DNA from: Chiloscyllium plagiosum
Lineage: Eukaryota
DNA length: 20,000 nt
Reading direction: 5' to 3'
Assembly: GCF_004010195.1 (NCBI RefSeq)
Contig: NC_057718.1
Span: forward strand, 100,248,460 to 100,268,459
Shown in pieces: positions 1 through 10,454 of this stretch (position 1 is its first letter; every line of letters starts with the position of its first letter). The notes under the pieces were generated by a model. That model searched no databases and was not told the DNA's origin. It worked only from the letters and a program-made list of their open reading frames with translations. The translations under genes were made by a program, and so were the position numbers.

Positions 1-277
1 TGTACTCTTAGCAAATAATGTAGAAAGCAGAGGTCCCTGCTCCTGAATATGCACGTACATTTCTGCAAAAATTAGGCCTTGACTTTATCTGTCTCTTATC
101 ATGCCTTTCTCTCTCTTTCACACTGTACCCATCTCTGATTGTGTCACTAGTTTCATATTGCAGTCTGTTCATTGGGAGAGTGAACTGAGCTTTGTGATCT
201 CCAGCCTGATTTTCTTTGCATAATAACCAACTGCCCATCAACCCATGGCTTTGTAACTCAACACCAGGTAGAACAAG

Positions 278-465
278 AGCACAGCAATTCAGGCAGCATC
301 CGAGGACAGGCAAAATCGACGTTTCGGGCAAAAGCCCTTCATCAGGATTCATGCTTTTGCCCGAAACGTCGATTTTGCCTGTCCTCGGATGCTGCCTGAA
401 TTGCTGTGCTCTTCCAGCACCACTGATCCAGAATCTGGTTTCCAGCATCTGCAGTCATTGTTTTT
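278..465. mobile_element. Young, short palindromic Penelope-like element (terminal repeat plus truncated inverted copy) with 15-bp TSD
   Basis: Perfect 61-bp inverted repeat (275-335 vs 353-413). Flanked by identical ACCAGGTAGAACAAG at 263-277 and 466-480. Reverse complement of 353-468 matches 19851-19966 at 115/116 nt. Related to the terminus of the GIY-YIG-bearing element at 13912. Confidence 0.85.
313..350 (-). ncRNA. Minimal type I hammerhead ribozyme motif, intact core
   Basis: Minus strand reads GAAUC-CUGAUGA-A-GGGC-UUUU-GCCC-GAAAC-GUC-GAUUU: stem I GAAUC/GAUUU, conserved core, 4-bp stem II, vestigial stem III, GUC cleavage triplet. Confidence 0.8.
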
Positions 466-717
466 ACCAGGTAGAACAAGCAAGGCCATTAACAGAGCAG
501 CACATTTATTGACCTCAGGGAATGGGATGCAGTGGGCAAGATTCAAACCAAAGACAAGGCAGTCTTAATGCAGGGTCCCTTTGCTGCACAGAAAAGCCAT
601 GCTTGCTCATAACTGAGGATGAGAGGGGCCACTTTAGTCACCCTGGAACCTTTGCAAGGGTGACACACTGGCACCCACAGTAGACTCATCAGGAGAAGTG
701 CAAGTGAGTTTGCAGGC

Positions 718-875
718 ATGCAATCTCATCCTAGCAACCCAGCGATACTCTCCAAGGTCTCTGTGCCTCCTCCAATTCTGGGCTCTTGAACAGCCCCAAC
801 TTCTATCAGTCCGAGATTGGTGGCCATGCCTTCAGCTGCCCAAACCTCTACACAGTATTATTCCCTCCCTAAACT
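718..875 (+). mobile_element. Old L2-type LINE 3' fragment
   Basis: TCCTCCAATTCTGGGCTCTTG...ATTGGTGGCCATGCCTTCAGCTGCC resembles the L2 3' region; an antisense homolog lies at 2730-2985. Confidence 0.55.
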
Positions 876-1049
876 GTTGCTAAAGACAGTTAGTACCGGA
901 AAGGGTTAGCTGACACCTCGCGATAAGGTCTGGCCACGAGAATATAAAAGACTGTTCCTGGGAGGAGCTAATCAGTTCTAATGTTTCAGTTTCTGTCTCT
1001 AAGTTGTTGTTTTAGTGTTAAATCCACACAGCTAACAGTCATGTGAAAC

Positions 1050-1151
1050 AAACACAAGAAGATGCTGAAGAATCTCAGCAGGTCTGGCAGCATCTGCAGA
1101 GAAAGAGACAGAGTTAACTTTTCGAGTCTGGCATGACTCTTCTTCAGAACT
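1050..1151 (-). mobile_element. Older PLE-derived terminal repeat (family 2)
   Basis: CTCAGCAGGTCTGGCAGCATCTG...GAGTTAAC...TTCTTCAGAAC, with homologs at 1330-1462, 13243-13368 and 16487-16592. Confidence 0.7.
1112..1151 (-). ncRNA. Minimal hammerhead motif, CUGAAGA variant
   Basis: Minus strand reads AGUU-CUGAAGA-A-GAGUC-AUGCCA-GACUC-GAAAA-GUU-AACU: perfect 4-bp stem I and 5-bp stem II; the stem III C is replaced by A. Confidence 0.65.
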
Positions 1152-1329
1152 ATGTTCCCAAACACCTCAAAGGAAGAAAAGACGTTTCTTGTTAAAGTTT
1201 CGAAAGAGACACAGAATGAAGTGGAGTGGAAGAAGCTGAAAGATTAAAATGGAAACCCCATCAGAGAGGAGCAAAACTTGTTCAAGGTGGGCTTACCTGG
1301 AAGAGAAGTGGCAGTGAATTAAACACTCA

Positions 1330-1462
1330 AATAAAAGCAAAATACTGCTGGAAATCTGAAACAAACAAACAGAAAGTGCTGAAGAAACTCAGCAGGTCTG
1401 GCAGCATCTGTGGAATGAGAAACGGAGTTAATCTTTTGAGTTCAGTGACTTCTTCAGAACTC
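1330..1462 (-). mobile_element. Older PLE-derived terminal repeat (family 2), decayed hammerhead
   Basis: AAAATACTGCTGGAAATCTGAAAC...CTCAGCAGGTCTGGCAGCATCTGTGG...CTTCTTCAGAAC. Confidence 0.7.
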
Positions 1463-1749
1463 CTCAGAACAGTAATATGAACTTACTGTTAAGGTGGGAC
1501 CAATGTCTCACAGAAGTCTTTCGCAATCTTATCTGTAATGTAGCTAGCTATTAAGTACTATGCAATAAACAGTTACTATTTATCAATAGGGAGCCTACTT
1601 CTGCCAAAGACTTTGTGTGGACGTCTTTCCTTACTTGATAACTTAGACCAATACCAATAAGACAGATCACTGATTGTAAATCTACTCAAAGCATCCTAGC
1701 TGGTTCAGGTGGACACATCGTTTTATTATAAACTTCTATACCTCTCTTT

Positions 1750-1860
1750 CTCCATAAAGAAGTACCTTAACACCTACGTTTTTGACCAAGCTTTTGGTAA
1801 CCTATCTTAGTATCTCCTGATGCAGCTCGATATCAAATATTGTGAGATATTGTGAGATGT
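1750..1860 (+). mobile_element. L2-type 3' tail remnant
   Basis: CCTTAACACCTACGTTTTTGACCAAGCTTTTGGTAACC resembles the L2 tail (recognised from memory). Confidence 0.4.
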
Positions 1861-2349
1861 ACAGACGCAACCTGCTCATCTTTTCCTCATACATTTCCTC
1901 ATCCCAGGCACCAGTGTCTTTGCTGAACTGTGTCCAATGCACATAAATCCCAATGTAAAAATACCTTGGGTGTACTAGTTTTACAGGGTGGAAAGAACCT
2001 ACATCCTGGCCATTGTCTGTAAGAAAGACACGACTTCATTTTTAAACATGGTCTATCAGCTCCCCCACAACATGAAACAGCAAGTGAATGAGGGATTGGC
2101 TAGTCTCTCTTTCTGGCTGTGTACTGTCTTCTTTGTTTCTCTTTTACTCATCTGTACTTTTCCATCTCTCTTTCTCCCTTTCTATCTCTCATACAAACGT
2201 ATCAACAAGAAGCAGACATAGGCCACTCAGCCTCTTGAGCCTTCTCCACCAATTGTGATTTCTCCAGATTCCTGCCATCTCCTGTAGCTCTTACCTGGGA
2301 GGGATGTTGCAAAACTGGAAACAGTCAGCCTTCAATCATGGAGTTGTTA

Positions 2350-2685
2350 TTGTGGTGAATATGCTACTGGCTTAGTAATTGAGAGGCTTGGAATGATTAT
2401 TTGGGGTTCAAATCGCACAACAGCAACTGTGGAATTTTAATAATTTTTTTCTGAAAGACATGAGCATCAGTACTGTAAAGTATGAAAAGACTGGATTGTT
2501 GTAAAATCTATTTCATTAAAGTTCTTTAGGAAGGAAATCTGCCACCCTTACCCAGTCTGGCCTACATGTGACTCCAGACCCACAGTTGTGGTCAGGAATG
2601 TGACTCCCTACTACATTCTCAAGGGCAGCTAGGGTTGGACAATAAATGTTGGCCTTCCTGATATAGAGAATAATAAAACAATAAA
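2350..2685 (+). mobile_element. tRNA-derived SINE (SlmI/MetaSINE-like)
   Basis: B-box-like GGTTCAAATC, central GGAAGGAAATCTGCC...GTCTGGCCTACATGTGACTCCAGACCC, A-rich tail; many copies in the window. Confidence 0.7.
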
Positions 2686-2729
2686 AATAGACCATTACAT
2701 AATAAGGTTATCAGGACAGATGGTTAATG

Positions 2730-2985
2730 AATATCTTAAAGAATGTCTTGCGGGAAATGTTGATATTTATGGAGGGAATTTGGAGTTTTGGACCCAGGCA
2801 GCTGAAGGCATCGCTATCCCAATGGTGAAACAATTTAAATCAGGGATTCTCAAGAATTCAGAAATTAGAGGAATGTAGAGGTCTTGGAGAGTTGTGGGAC
2901 TTGAGGTGATTACGGAGGTAGTGAAGGGGCAAAGCCATGTAGGAATTTGAAGTCATGGATGATCATTTTAAAGTTGAGGTGCTTC
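2730..2985 (-). mobile_element. Old L2-type LINE 3' fragment
   Basis: GGCAGCTGAAGGCA...CAATGG...CTCAAGAATTCAGAAATTAGAGGA is antisense to the 718-875 segment. Confidence 0.55.
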
Positions 2986-3494
2986 TTAACCAGAAGCTAA
3001 CGTAGATCGTGGGTAGGGTAACTAGATGCCCTGGGGCTTTACTGGGATAGTCACAGTTTTTAATTAAATATCCTGGTGTGCCAACAATTTCCTAAAAGGA
3101 GTTCAGATACCCTGGTTATTTCACCTCCTGTGTCAAAACAAAAATAGCTTAGGGAAAGAAGTCAGTGTGAAATGTCATCCTCCTCCCTGGAAACACCTAT
3201 CACTTTACAATCACCGCAACCCCCAACCATACCAGGCACCTCTGTGGGAGTTGTCTCCACCTTTTTGGTGTCAATGACTCCATTGCTGATGAGTGCTTTT
3301 TAAACAATTGACAGAGAAAGGTCACTAACTCTGGCTGGGCTTATGGATGGAGTTGTCATCACATGTGTATTCAACTGCTCCTCGCCGAGGCTCCTGCCAT
3401 TGGTCACCCAACATGTCAATCATCACAACATCCCACCTTCACACCATATCCTGATTTTGAGTTTTGAAAATCTTCTCATTCTAGTCAAGGGTGT

Positions 3495-3790
3495 TTTTTT
3501 AATTGGAGCATTGGATCCAGCATTATTGACCATCCCTAACTGCTTAGAGAACACTTAAGAGTCAATCTCATTGCTTTGGATCTGGAATCACATGTGGGCC
3601 AGACCTGGCAACAATGATAAAATAAAAGGTATTACTGAACGAGATGAATTTTATAACAACTGACAGTGGTTACATAGTTACCATTAAGAAAGCTTTACAA
3701 TATTTTCTTTTAATTAAAATTTCACCATCTGCCCTGGTGCGATTTGAACACATGTCTCCAGAATATTAGCAGCCAGCTCTGGATTGCTAA
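3495..3790 (-). mobile_element. tRNA-derived SINE (SlmI/MetaSINE-like)
   Basis: TCTGGAATCACATGTGGGCCAGACC central motif and antisense B box GATTTGAAC. Confidence 0.7.
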
Positions 3791-4020
3791 CATAGCTCAG
3801 TTGGTTGGAGAGCTAGTTTGTAATGAAGAATGATAATATAAAACACGGATTCAGTTCCAAACAATGCTTGAGGTTACCATGAAGAAATCTCTTTCTCAAC
3901 ATCTTCACCTCACATGAGGTGGTGACACTCAAGTTAAAACACCACCGGTCACGCCCCCCCCCCCCCCCCCCCCCCCATCTCTATTGTGGGAGCAGGATAA
4001 TGGTGATTTTACCTTTACTC
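3790..4020 (+). mobile_element. Decayed tRNA-derived SINE of a different family, containing a C23 tract
   Basis: A-box-like TAGCTCAGTTGG at ~3793, decayed B box, tail ...GGTGATTTTACCTTTAC. Confidence 0.5.
3954..3976. repeat. Poly-C homopolymer (23 nt)
   Basis: Directly visible. Confidence 0.95.
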
Positions 4021-4297
4021 ACCATAATATGGGGTGAAGTGTCAACAGAGCTTGTAAGAGTTTGAACATGGGAGTGGAGTTCATGATTTTAAGTCCTTAC
4101 AGAAAATGAGGAAGGTTGGAAGGTAGAAATCAAGCCAGGATTTAGATTTCTACTGTTACAGCTTTCCTCGTGCTCTATTTCAAGAAAGGTGAATGAACAA
4201 TGTCAACTTTACATTCACAACAAAAATCAAAATGACAGACCACCTACCGTCCTCCTCCTCCCAATCAATCAGCCATTGTCTTAACATTTTCATCATT

Positions 4298-4497
4298 GAG
4301 TCATAGAGTCGTAGAGATATACAGCACGGAAACAGACCCTTTGGTCCAACTCGTCCATGCCGACCAGATATCCCAACCCAATCTAGTCCCACCGGCCAGT
4401 ACCCAGCCCATATCCCTCCAAACCCTTCCTATTCATATACCCATCCAGATGCCTTTTAAGTGTTGCAATTGTATTAGCCTTCACCATTTCCTCTGGC
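4298..4497 (-). mobile_element. 5'-truncated CR1 (HER1-like) LINE 3' end
   Basis: Antisense (CTATGACT)n tail plus 3' UTR, nearly identical to 15125-15300. Confidence 0.85.
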
Positions 4498-5049
4498 TCG
4501 ATCTCTCTTGATTTGTCTCTGATGTTTCTCTCTGCCTCTATAAGAATGAACTGTCTAACACTTCACCATCCTTAGTGGTTTTCCTGAGAACCCCACATTT
4601 TAAATCCAATTTAAATGTCACCCGTGAATATGAATATTCTTTCCTAAATTCATTCATATACTGATTTCCCCTTTCATGTTAGGCTTCATTCTAATTGATT
4701 CGATTTTATCGCATTTCTCAAACAATAAAACAAATGACAGAAAGTGTTCTATTTCTTTACACATTGTAGTATTTCTCAATATGCCTTGCCGAGAGATTGC
4801 TGACGAACAATTGGCTTGAGTCAGCAGCTGAGAATATTACCTTATGAGGCAACATGTTATGTGTCTGGACTTTACCCTCATTTCAGGTGAGGTGGAGCAG
4901 ACAGCAGAGACTTTGAAACTATTGAGAGAGAGCTGTTGTGAAAATGACAACAGGATTTAAACAAATAGCAAAACTGATAATCGTGCACTTTGATATTGAA
5001 TTTTACCAAAATGAAACATTTTTATGATTTACTTGAACATATCCCACTT

Positions 5050-5135
5050 TACAAACTTGAGAAAGTACTTAATTGGCCGTGAAGCACTTTGGGATGTCCA
5101 GGGGTCAGGAGCAGAACTATATGAATACAAGTTTA
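5050..5135 (+). mobile_element. DeuSINE/L2-type 3' tail remnant
   Basis: AAAGTACTTAATTGGCCGTGAAGCACTTTGGGATGTCC; an antisense homolog lies at 13500-13615. Confidence 0.5.
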
Positions 5136-5179
5136 ATCAGTGAATTCTTGCAAAAACAGATTGCACAGGCATCATTAAC

Positions 5180-5372
5180 CCTTCAGCAGCATCTTCCAAA
5201 CCCTCACTTCTACCATCTAAAAGAACAATGGCAGCCAGTGCATTGTAACACAACCACTCGCAAGCTCTCCAACCTATAAGTCACACACCATACTATGCAA
5301 CTGGGGCAAACTTCTGGAATTCCCTCCAGCATTGTTGCTGTCCCTGCACCACGTGGATTGCTGCAGTTCTTG
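5180..5372 (+). mobile_element. Old LINE 3' fragment
   Basis: CAGCATCTTCCAAACCC...CACCATACT...CTGGAATTCCCTCC; a related segment lies at 18060-18225. Confidence 0.45.
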
Positions 5373-5919
5373 GGATGTGAACATTTGTTGCCCATCTCTA
5401 ACTCCTCCTGAGACATTGCCGGTGGCAGCATCACAGCAGCAAGCCTGAGCTGTGTTGCAAATGAGGCCTCTTAATCACTTGGTGACAGTAATTCTCGGCG
5501 TTCTTGCCGTTGTGCAGCCACCTCATGGAACATCTCCACTAATGTTATACCTGCTGCAATGGAAGCTGTTCCCCTCCCCTTGTTTAAAGCACATCTTCCA
5601 CCCCACACCATCCATAAGCTGCAAACTGAACTGACATTACTCACTTGTCCAAGACTGCAATCCATGGTTGGATTCAGTGCCCAGCCCTTCTGTAGCATGG
5701 TTCCTATGAGATCATCCCTGCAAGGAAGGGTGAGGGGAGAATGTCAGACACTAGCAGTCTCAGGATCAGGAATCCATCTCAACATCATAGAGATTATAAG
5801 ATTCTGGCTGTAACCTCCCAAGGGGGCACCCACAGTATAAGAGATGTCACCAATACATGAAGCATCCCATGCTAAGTAAATGAGGCTGAATACCGAAATA
5901 GAGTTGTTTTAGGTTTTTT

Positions 5920-6282
5920 TCTTGATTTTTTTTCCTAGATGTGTGTGTCGCCAGCAAGGTAACATGTTCCTCATTCCTAATTGCCTTGGGACTGAGTAAT
6001 ATGCTGGACATTTTCAGAGAGCAGTTAAGAGCCAAGCTGTGGTTCAGAAGTCACAGATATTCCAGACTGGGTACAGACAGTAGTAACGCCTACTTGAAAG
6101 AACATTAGAACTAGGTAGATTTTTATGACAGTCAAAAGTTATTTCCTGGTCATTACTGAGAGTAACTTTATATTTCAGATTTATTCATTCAAATTCTATT
6201 TTGAATGCCCATCCTCCTGGGGATTAGTCTGGGCCCCTTGATTGCTGGTCTAATGACATTACCACTACAACACTACCTCCCA
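5920..6282 (-). mobile_element. tRNA-derived SINE (SlmI/MetaSINE-like), decayed
   Basis: Poly-T tail, GCAGTTAAGAG, and antisense head GACATTACCACTAC. Confidence 0.65.
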
Positions 6283-6359
6283 CAGAATGATACGGAAGTA
6301 CAAGAGTTGAGGTGTGTTTAATCAACTTCAAATGTCAACATGCTCCAGTCAGAGAGCCA

Positions 6360-6703
6360 TTTTTAAAAATTCATTCATGGGACGTGGGTGTTGCTTTTAG
6401 GTCAGCTTTTTTGCCCAATCCTAATTGTCCATTAAGAATTAATCACATTGCCACGTGTCTGAAGTCACATGTAGACCAGATCAGGCATGGGTGGCAGTTT
6501 CCTTCCCCAAAAGAGGCATTAATGGATTAGATGGGTTTTTCCCGACATTTTAAAACAGCTTCATGGTCATCATAAGACTCTTAAATCTACATTTTTACCG
6601 AATTTAAAATCCAACATCTGTTATCTGGATTTGAACCCGGGTCCCAGAGCATCATTTGCGTGTCTGGATTAGTCGTCTCACAATAATACCACTAGGCCAA
6701 TAC
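6360..6703 (-). mobile_element. tRNA-derived SINE (SlmI/MetaSINE-like)
   Basis: GTCACATGTAGACCAGA central motif, antisense B box GGATTTGAACC, antisense A box ACCACTAGGCCA. Confidence 0.75.
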
Positions 6704-6824
6704 CTAGAAATACTAATATAATGCCCTCATCCTCCATCTCCTAATTATAATTCCAAATTACATTTGGAGATTCTGTGTAATCTCAGTTTACATATCATGA
6801 TTACTGTAACTGCAGGGAGGATAT

Positions 6825-6955
6825 ATCCAGACCCAGAATAATATGCTGACACTTTACTGTCCTCTGAAGTGGCCTCATAACTTACTCAGCTCCAGAGCAA
6901 TCAGGGATGGGCAACTAATACTGGTCTTGCCAGTAACACCCACATTCATCAAAGA
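6825..6955 (+). mobile_element. 3' part of the same SINE family
   Basis: CCAGACCC...GCAATCAGGGATGGGCAAC...CTTGCCAGTAACACCCACAT. Confidence 0.65.
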
Positions 6956-6956
6956 A

Positions 6957-7108
6957 AGCCTCTCCCTACAGCTCAAACTCTCCAACCCTGGCAACATCCT
7001 TGTAAATCTTTTCTGAATCATTTCAAATTTCACAACATCTTTCCTATAGCAGGGAGACAGGAATTGCATGTGGTATTCCAATAGTGGCCTAAACAATATC
7101 CTGCAGCC
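6957..7108 (-). mobile_element. Inverted CR1 (HER1-like) fragment
   Basis: Encodes RPLLEY...KDVVKFEMIQKRFTRMLPGLESLSCRERL; homologous to 9254-9408 on the opposite strand. Confidence 0.8.
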
Positions 7109-7134
7109 AAGGAGTGGCAGAGGGTGTTTAATTT

Positions 7135-9053
7135 CTCTCTTGTCAAGAGGAAGAAGAAGGTTTATGTTAGGATGAGATGTGATGACTCAGTTAGGGCACT
7201 TGAGAGTTACAACTTAGCCAGGAAAGACCTAAAGAGCTAAGAAGAGCCAGGAGGGGACATGAGAAGTCGTTGGTGGATAAGATCAAAGAAAATATTAAGT
7301 CTTTCTCTAGGTATATCAAAAATAAAAGAATTACTAGAGTAAGATGAGGGCTAATCAAGCATAGTAGCAGGACGTTTTGCGGGGAGTCAGGGGAGATAAG
7401 AGAAGTGCTAAATGAATACTTTTCATCAGTATTCACACTAGAAAAAGACAATGTGGTCAAGCAGAATACTGAGATGCAGGCTACTAGACTAGATGGGATT
7501 GAGGTGCATAAGGAGGTGTTAGTAATTCTGGAAAGTGTAAAACTAGATAAATCCCCTGGGCTGGATGGGATTTATCCCAGGATTCTCTGGGAAGCCAGGG
7601 AGGAGATTGTCAAGCTTTTGGCTTTATGTCGTCATTGTCTACAGGAATAGTGCCAGAAGACTGGAGGATAGCAAATGTTGTTCCCTTGTTCAAGGAGAGT
7701 ATAGACAACCCTGGAAATTATAGACCTGTGAGCCTTACTTCAATTGTGGTAAAGTGTTGGAAAGGGTTAGAAGAGATAGGACTTATAATCATCTTGAAAG
7801 GAATAAGTTGATTGGGGATAGTCAACACGGTTTTGAGAAGGGTAGGTCGTGCCTCACAAACCTTATTGAGTTCATTAAGTTCTTTGAGATGGTGACCAAA
7901 CAGGTGGATGAGGGTAAAGCAGTTGTTGTGGTGTACATGGATTTCAGTAACGCGTTTGATAAGGTTCCCCATGGTAAGCTATTGCACAAAATATGGAGGC
8001 ATGGGATTGAGGGTGATTTAGCAGTTTGGATCGGAAATTGGCTAGCTGAAAGAAGACAGAGGGTGGTGGTTGATGGGAAATATTCATCCTGGAGTTCAGT
8101 TACTAGTGGGACACCACAAGGATCTGTTTTGGTTCCACTGGTGTTTGTCATTTTTATAAACAACCTGGATGAGGGCATAAAAGGATGGGTTAGTAAATCT
8201 ACGGATGATACTAAGGTCGGTAGAGTTGCGGATAGTGACAAAGAATGTTGTAGGTTATAGAGGGACACAGATAAGCTGCAGAGCTGAGCTGAAAGGTGGA
8301 AAATGGAGTTTAGTGCAGAAAAATATGAGGCGATTCACTTTGGAAAGAGTCATAGGACTGGGCTAATGTTAAGATTCTTGGTAGTGTAGATGAGCAGCGA
8401 GATCTCAGTGTCCAGGTACATAGATCCCTGAAATTTGCCACCCAGGTCAATAGGGTTGTTAAGAAGGCATACAGTGTGTTAGCTTTTATTGGTACAGGGA
8501 CTGAGTTTCGAACCATGAGATCATGCTGCAACTGTACAAAACTCTGGTGCGGGTGCACTTAGAGTTTTGCGTACAGCTTTGGAAAGGGTTCAGAGGAGAT
8601 TTACCAGGATATTGCCTGGTATGGAGAGAAGGTCTTACGAGGAAAGGCTGAGGGACTTGAAACTGTTTTCATTAGAGAGAAGAAGACTGAAAGGTGACTT
8701 AATTGAGACATATTAGATAACCAGAGGGTTAGATAGGTTGGACAGTGAGAATCCTTTTCCTCAGGTGGCGATGGCTAGCACAAAGGAGCATAGCTTTAAA
8801 TTGAGGGTTAATAGATATAGGACAGATGTCAGAGGAAGTTTCTTTACTCAGAGAGTAGTAGGGGCATTTAACGCGCTGCCTGCAACAGTAGTAGACTCAC
8901 CAACTTTAAGGATATTTAAATGGTCATTGGATGGCATATGGACGAGAATGGAACAGTATAGATTAGGTGGGCTTCAGAGTGGTTCCACAGGTTGGTGCAA
9001 CATCGAGGGCTGAAGGGCCTGTGTTGCGCTGTAATATTCTATGTTCAGTGTTC
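7135..9053 (+). mobile_element. CR1-clade LINE, 5'-truncated, disrupted ORF2 (reverse transcriptase), nested in an HER1-like copy
   Basis: Motifs KSPGLDGIYPR, PGNYRPVSLTS, QHGFEKGRSCLTNL, YMDFSNAFDKVPH, GTPQGSVL and KSTDDTK (decayed FADD), with frameshifts. Ends in a TTCTATG-type tail. TAATTT duplicated at 7129-7134 and 9054-9059. Confidence 0.92.
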
Positions 9054-9787
9054 TAATTTAGATAAATGTGAATTTTGGAAAGGCAAATCAGAGCAGGACT
9101 TATACACTTAATGGGGAGTGTTGCTGAACAGAGACCTTGGAGTGCAGGTTCATTGTTCCTTGAAAATGGAATCACAGGTACTGAAGAAGACGTTTGATAT
9201 GCTTGCCTTTATTGGCTGGCGTATTGAGTATAGAAATTGGGAGGTCATGTTGTGGCTGTACAGGACATTGGTTGGGCCACTATCAGAATACTGCTTGCAA
9301 TTCTGATCTTCCTGCTATAGGATTGATGTTGGGAAACTTGAAAGGGTTCAGAAAAGATTTACAAGGATGTTGACAGGACTGGAGAGTTTGAGCTATAGGA
9401 AGAGGCTGATTTTCCCTGGAGTATCGGAGGGTGAGGGTTGACCTTGTTGAGGTATATAAAATCATGAGGAGCATGGATAGGGTATATAGACAAGGTGTTT
9501 TCCCAGGTGAGGAGTCCAAAACTAGAGGGCATAGGTTTAAGATAAGAGGGGAAAGATTTAAAAGAGACCTAAGAGTCGACTTTTTCATGCAGAGGGTGGT
9601 GATGGATGGAATGAGCTGCCAGAGGAAATGGTGGAGGTTGGTACAATGACAACATTTAAAAGGTATCTGGATGGGTGATATTAGGAAGGGTTCAGAGAAT
9701 ATGGGCCAAGTGCTGACAAATAGGATTGGATTAATTTAGGATATCTGATCAGTGTGGATGTGTTGGACCTATGACACTATGACTCTA
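9054..9787 (+). mobile_element. CR1 (HER1-like) LINE 3' portion; continues from 7106-7134
   Basis: RDLGVQVH, LYRTLVGPLSEYCLQF, TRGHRFKIRGERFKRDLR; tail CTATGACACTATGACTCTA. Confidence 0.88.
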
Positions 9788-10454
9788 ATAAACAAAATAG
9801 TTCCATCACAATAGCAATGACTGACGAAAGATGGTGCAGGGTATCCAGTGTTTCACACCCAAAACTATTCGTAAAGTAAAATGAGAAAGAAAGAATTTGA
9901 AAGCCTGCAAGACAAACTTCAATTGCCTGTGCATTAAATGACACCCAGAAACTGGGAACAGAGGGGGTTCTGACAGAGTTGAGGACATTTTTAACACAGT
10001 GTGTTTTTGACCCTTTGTGACGACTTTTACAAACTGTACCCAGAGTAGTCACTTTTAAACGATTATCTCAGCTGGCAGCTTTTGTCAGCACTGGTTAGTG
10101 GCATTTATCCAACTGACTTACCAAGCAAACAATAGCTGATGCAAATGAGTTATAGGAGGCTGGAATCATTTTTTTCCTTAGAGAGTTTGGAGTGGTCTGA
10201 AAAAAAATTCCCATGATGATACAAGTGTGACGGAATAGACAGGAGCAGATTGCTTCCAGATGTTGAAGAGACATCAAAAACAAGAGGTTTATAAGCTACA
10301 ATATTAAATGTCAGGGATTTAGAAAAGGAGGAGACACTTCAATGAGTCTGACTTCCAAAACTGTAACAGAAACTACATCATTATCAATGTTTCAAACAAA
10401 TTGATGGATGAAGGAAAGAAGTTAAAGGAAGAGGATACAAAAGGAAGAACAGAG

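Noticed and set aside
8..546. ORFs of 146, 98 and 65 aa
   Set aside because: They span the palindromic PLE insertion; the mirrored peptides come from the inverted repeat.
1838..1859. 10-bp tandem duplication ATATTGTGAG
   Set aside because: Ordinary slippage within an old repeat tail.
4770..4887. Plus-strand exon (TTGTAG...CAG/GTGAGG)
   Set aside because: Stops in all three frames and no other support.
5400..5600. Faint resemblance to a Harbinger Myb/SANT protein (EVAAQRQERRELLSPSD)
   Set aside because: Too short and degenerate to support without a profile search.
7405..8260. Functional reverse transcriptase, retron or defence RT
   Set aside because: CR1 ORF2 with frameshifts and a degenerate catalytic motif (STDD); a dead LINE.
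9820..9930. Possible minus-strand exon with pyrimidine-rich acceptors
   Set aside because: Weak donor (GTCAGT), several alternative acceptors, and no recognisable peptide.
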